Origin: a virus
Taxonomy: Duplodnaviria; Heunggongvirae; Uroviricota; Caudoviricetes
Reading direction: 5' to 3' (one strand)
Length of the DNA stretch: 16,149 bases
IMG/VR virus record: IMGVR_UViG_2541047852_000003
Under the pieces are notes generated by a model that was not told the origin of the DNA, made no database searches, and saw nothing but the letters and a program-made list of their open reading frames with translations. Below are positions 15,991 through 16,149 of the stretch, piece after piece; the stretch's first letter is position 1; every line of letters starts with the position of its first letter. A program made the translations under genes and the position numbers.

Positions 15991-16149
15991 TGAACCGCCC
16001 CGGGTTTCCTGGAGAGTGTTTTATCTGTGAACTCAGGCTGCCAGATCATCGTTTCCGATGGAAGCATAATAAGCTTTTTCTGCTTCTGCCGGAGGAGTAT
16101 GGCCCAGCCTTTCCAGCAATCGTCGATTGTTATACCAGTCCACCCACGT
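15991..16149 (-). mobile_element. Second IS629 copy, inverted, partial (continues beyond window)
   Basis: 15991-16149 is the exact reverse complement of 11765-11923 of the first copy (right IR and orfB 3' end). Confidence 0.85.
16033..16149 (-). CDS. IS629 OrfB C-terminal fragment (partial at window edge)
   Basis: Reverse complement encodes ...[38 protein letters not shown] with stop at 16033-16035. Confidence 0.8.
   Translation of the reverse strand, partial: TWVDWYNNRRLLERLGHTPPAEAEKAYYASIGNDDLAA

Noticed and set aside
1-16149. CRISPR arrays, tRNA or rRNA genes
   Set aside because: No regularly spaced direct repeats with unique spacers and no tRNA-like cloverleaf seen; the only repeat array is the ori iterons.

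Overview
The window is the early/immunity/replication region of a lambdoid prophage (enterobacterial, E. coli-like), followed by an IS629-bounded cargo block. All calls are by eye from the sequence and ORF track; no searches were run. Positions 1-5772 carry the leftward early operon on the minus strand: xis-like, Ea22/DUF551-like and small hypothetical genes, SSB, an ERF-type annealing protein, kil-like, cIII, a tL1-like terminator, a 156-aa accessory gene, N, nutL and pL/OL. Positions 5773-7091 are a mosaic immunity region: P22-type c2 repressor, TTAAG-type operators, pR, P22-type cro, nutR, then a lambda-type cII with conserved pRE and oop terminator. Positions 7114-9709 carry a 90-aa ORF, an O-like initiator with internal iteron/AT-rich origin, and a DnaB-family helicase, followed by small nin-position ORFs. 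A complete 1310-bp IS629 (10614-11923) and a second, inverted, partial IS629 (15991 to window end) bracket about 4 kb of non-phage-like cargo. That cargo holds an Arc-like RHH gene coupled to a minimal ClpP-fold peptidase, a convergent operon of a 188-aa unknown plus a tentatively YafO-like toxin, a membrane protein, and a large ORF truncated by the second IS. The cargo block is the best candidate for an undescribed toxin/defence-type module. No tRNA, rRNA or CRISPR array was seen.
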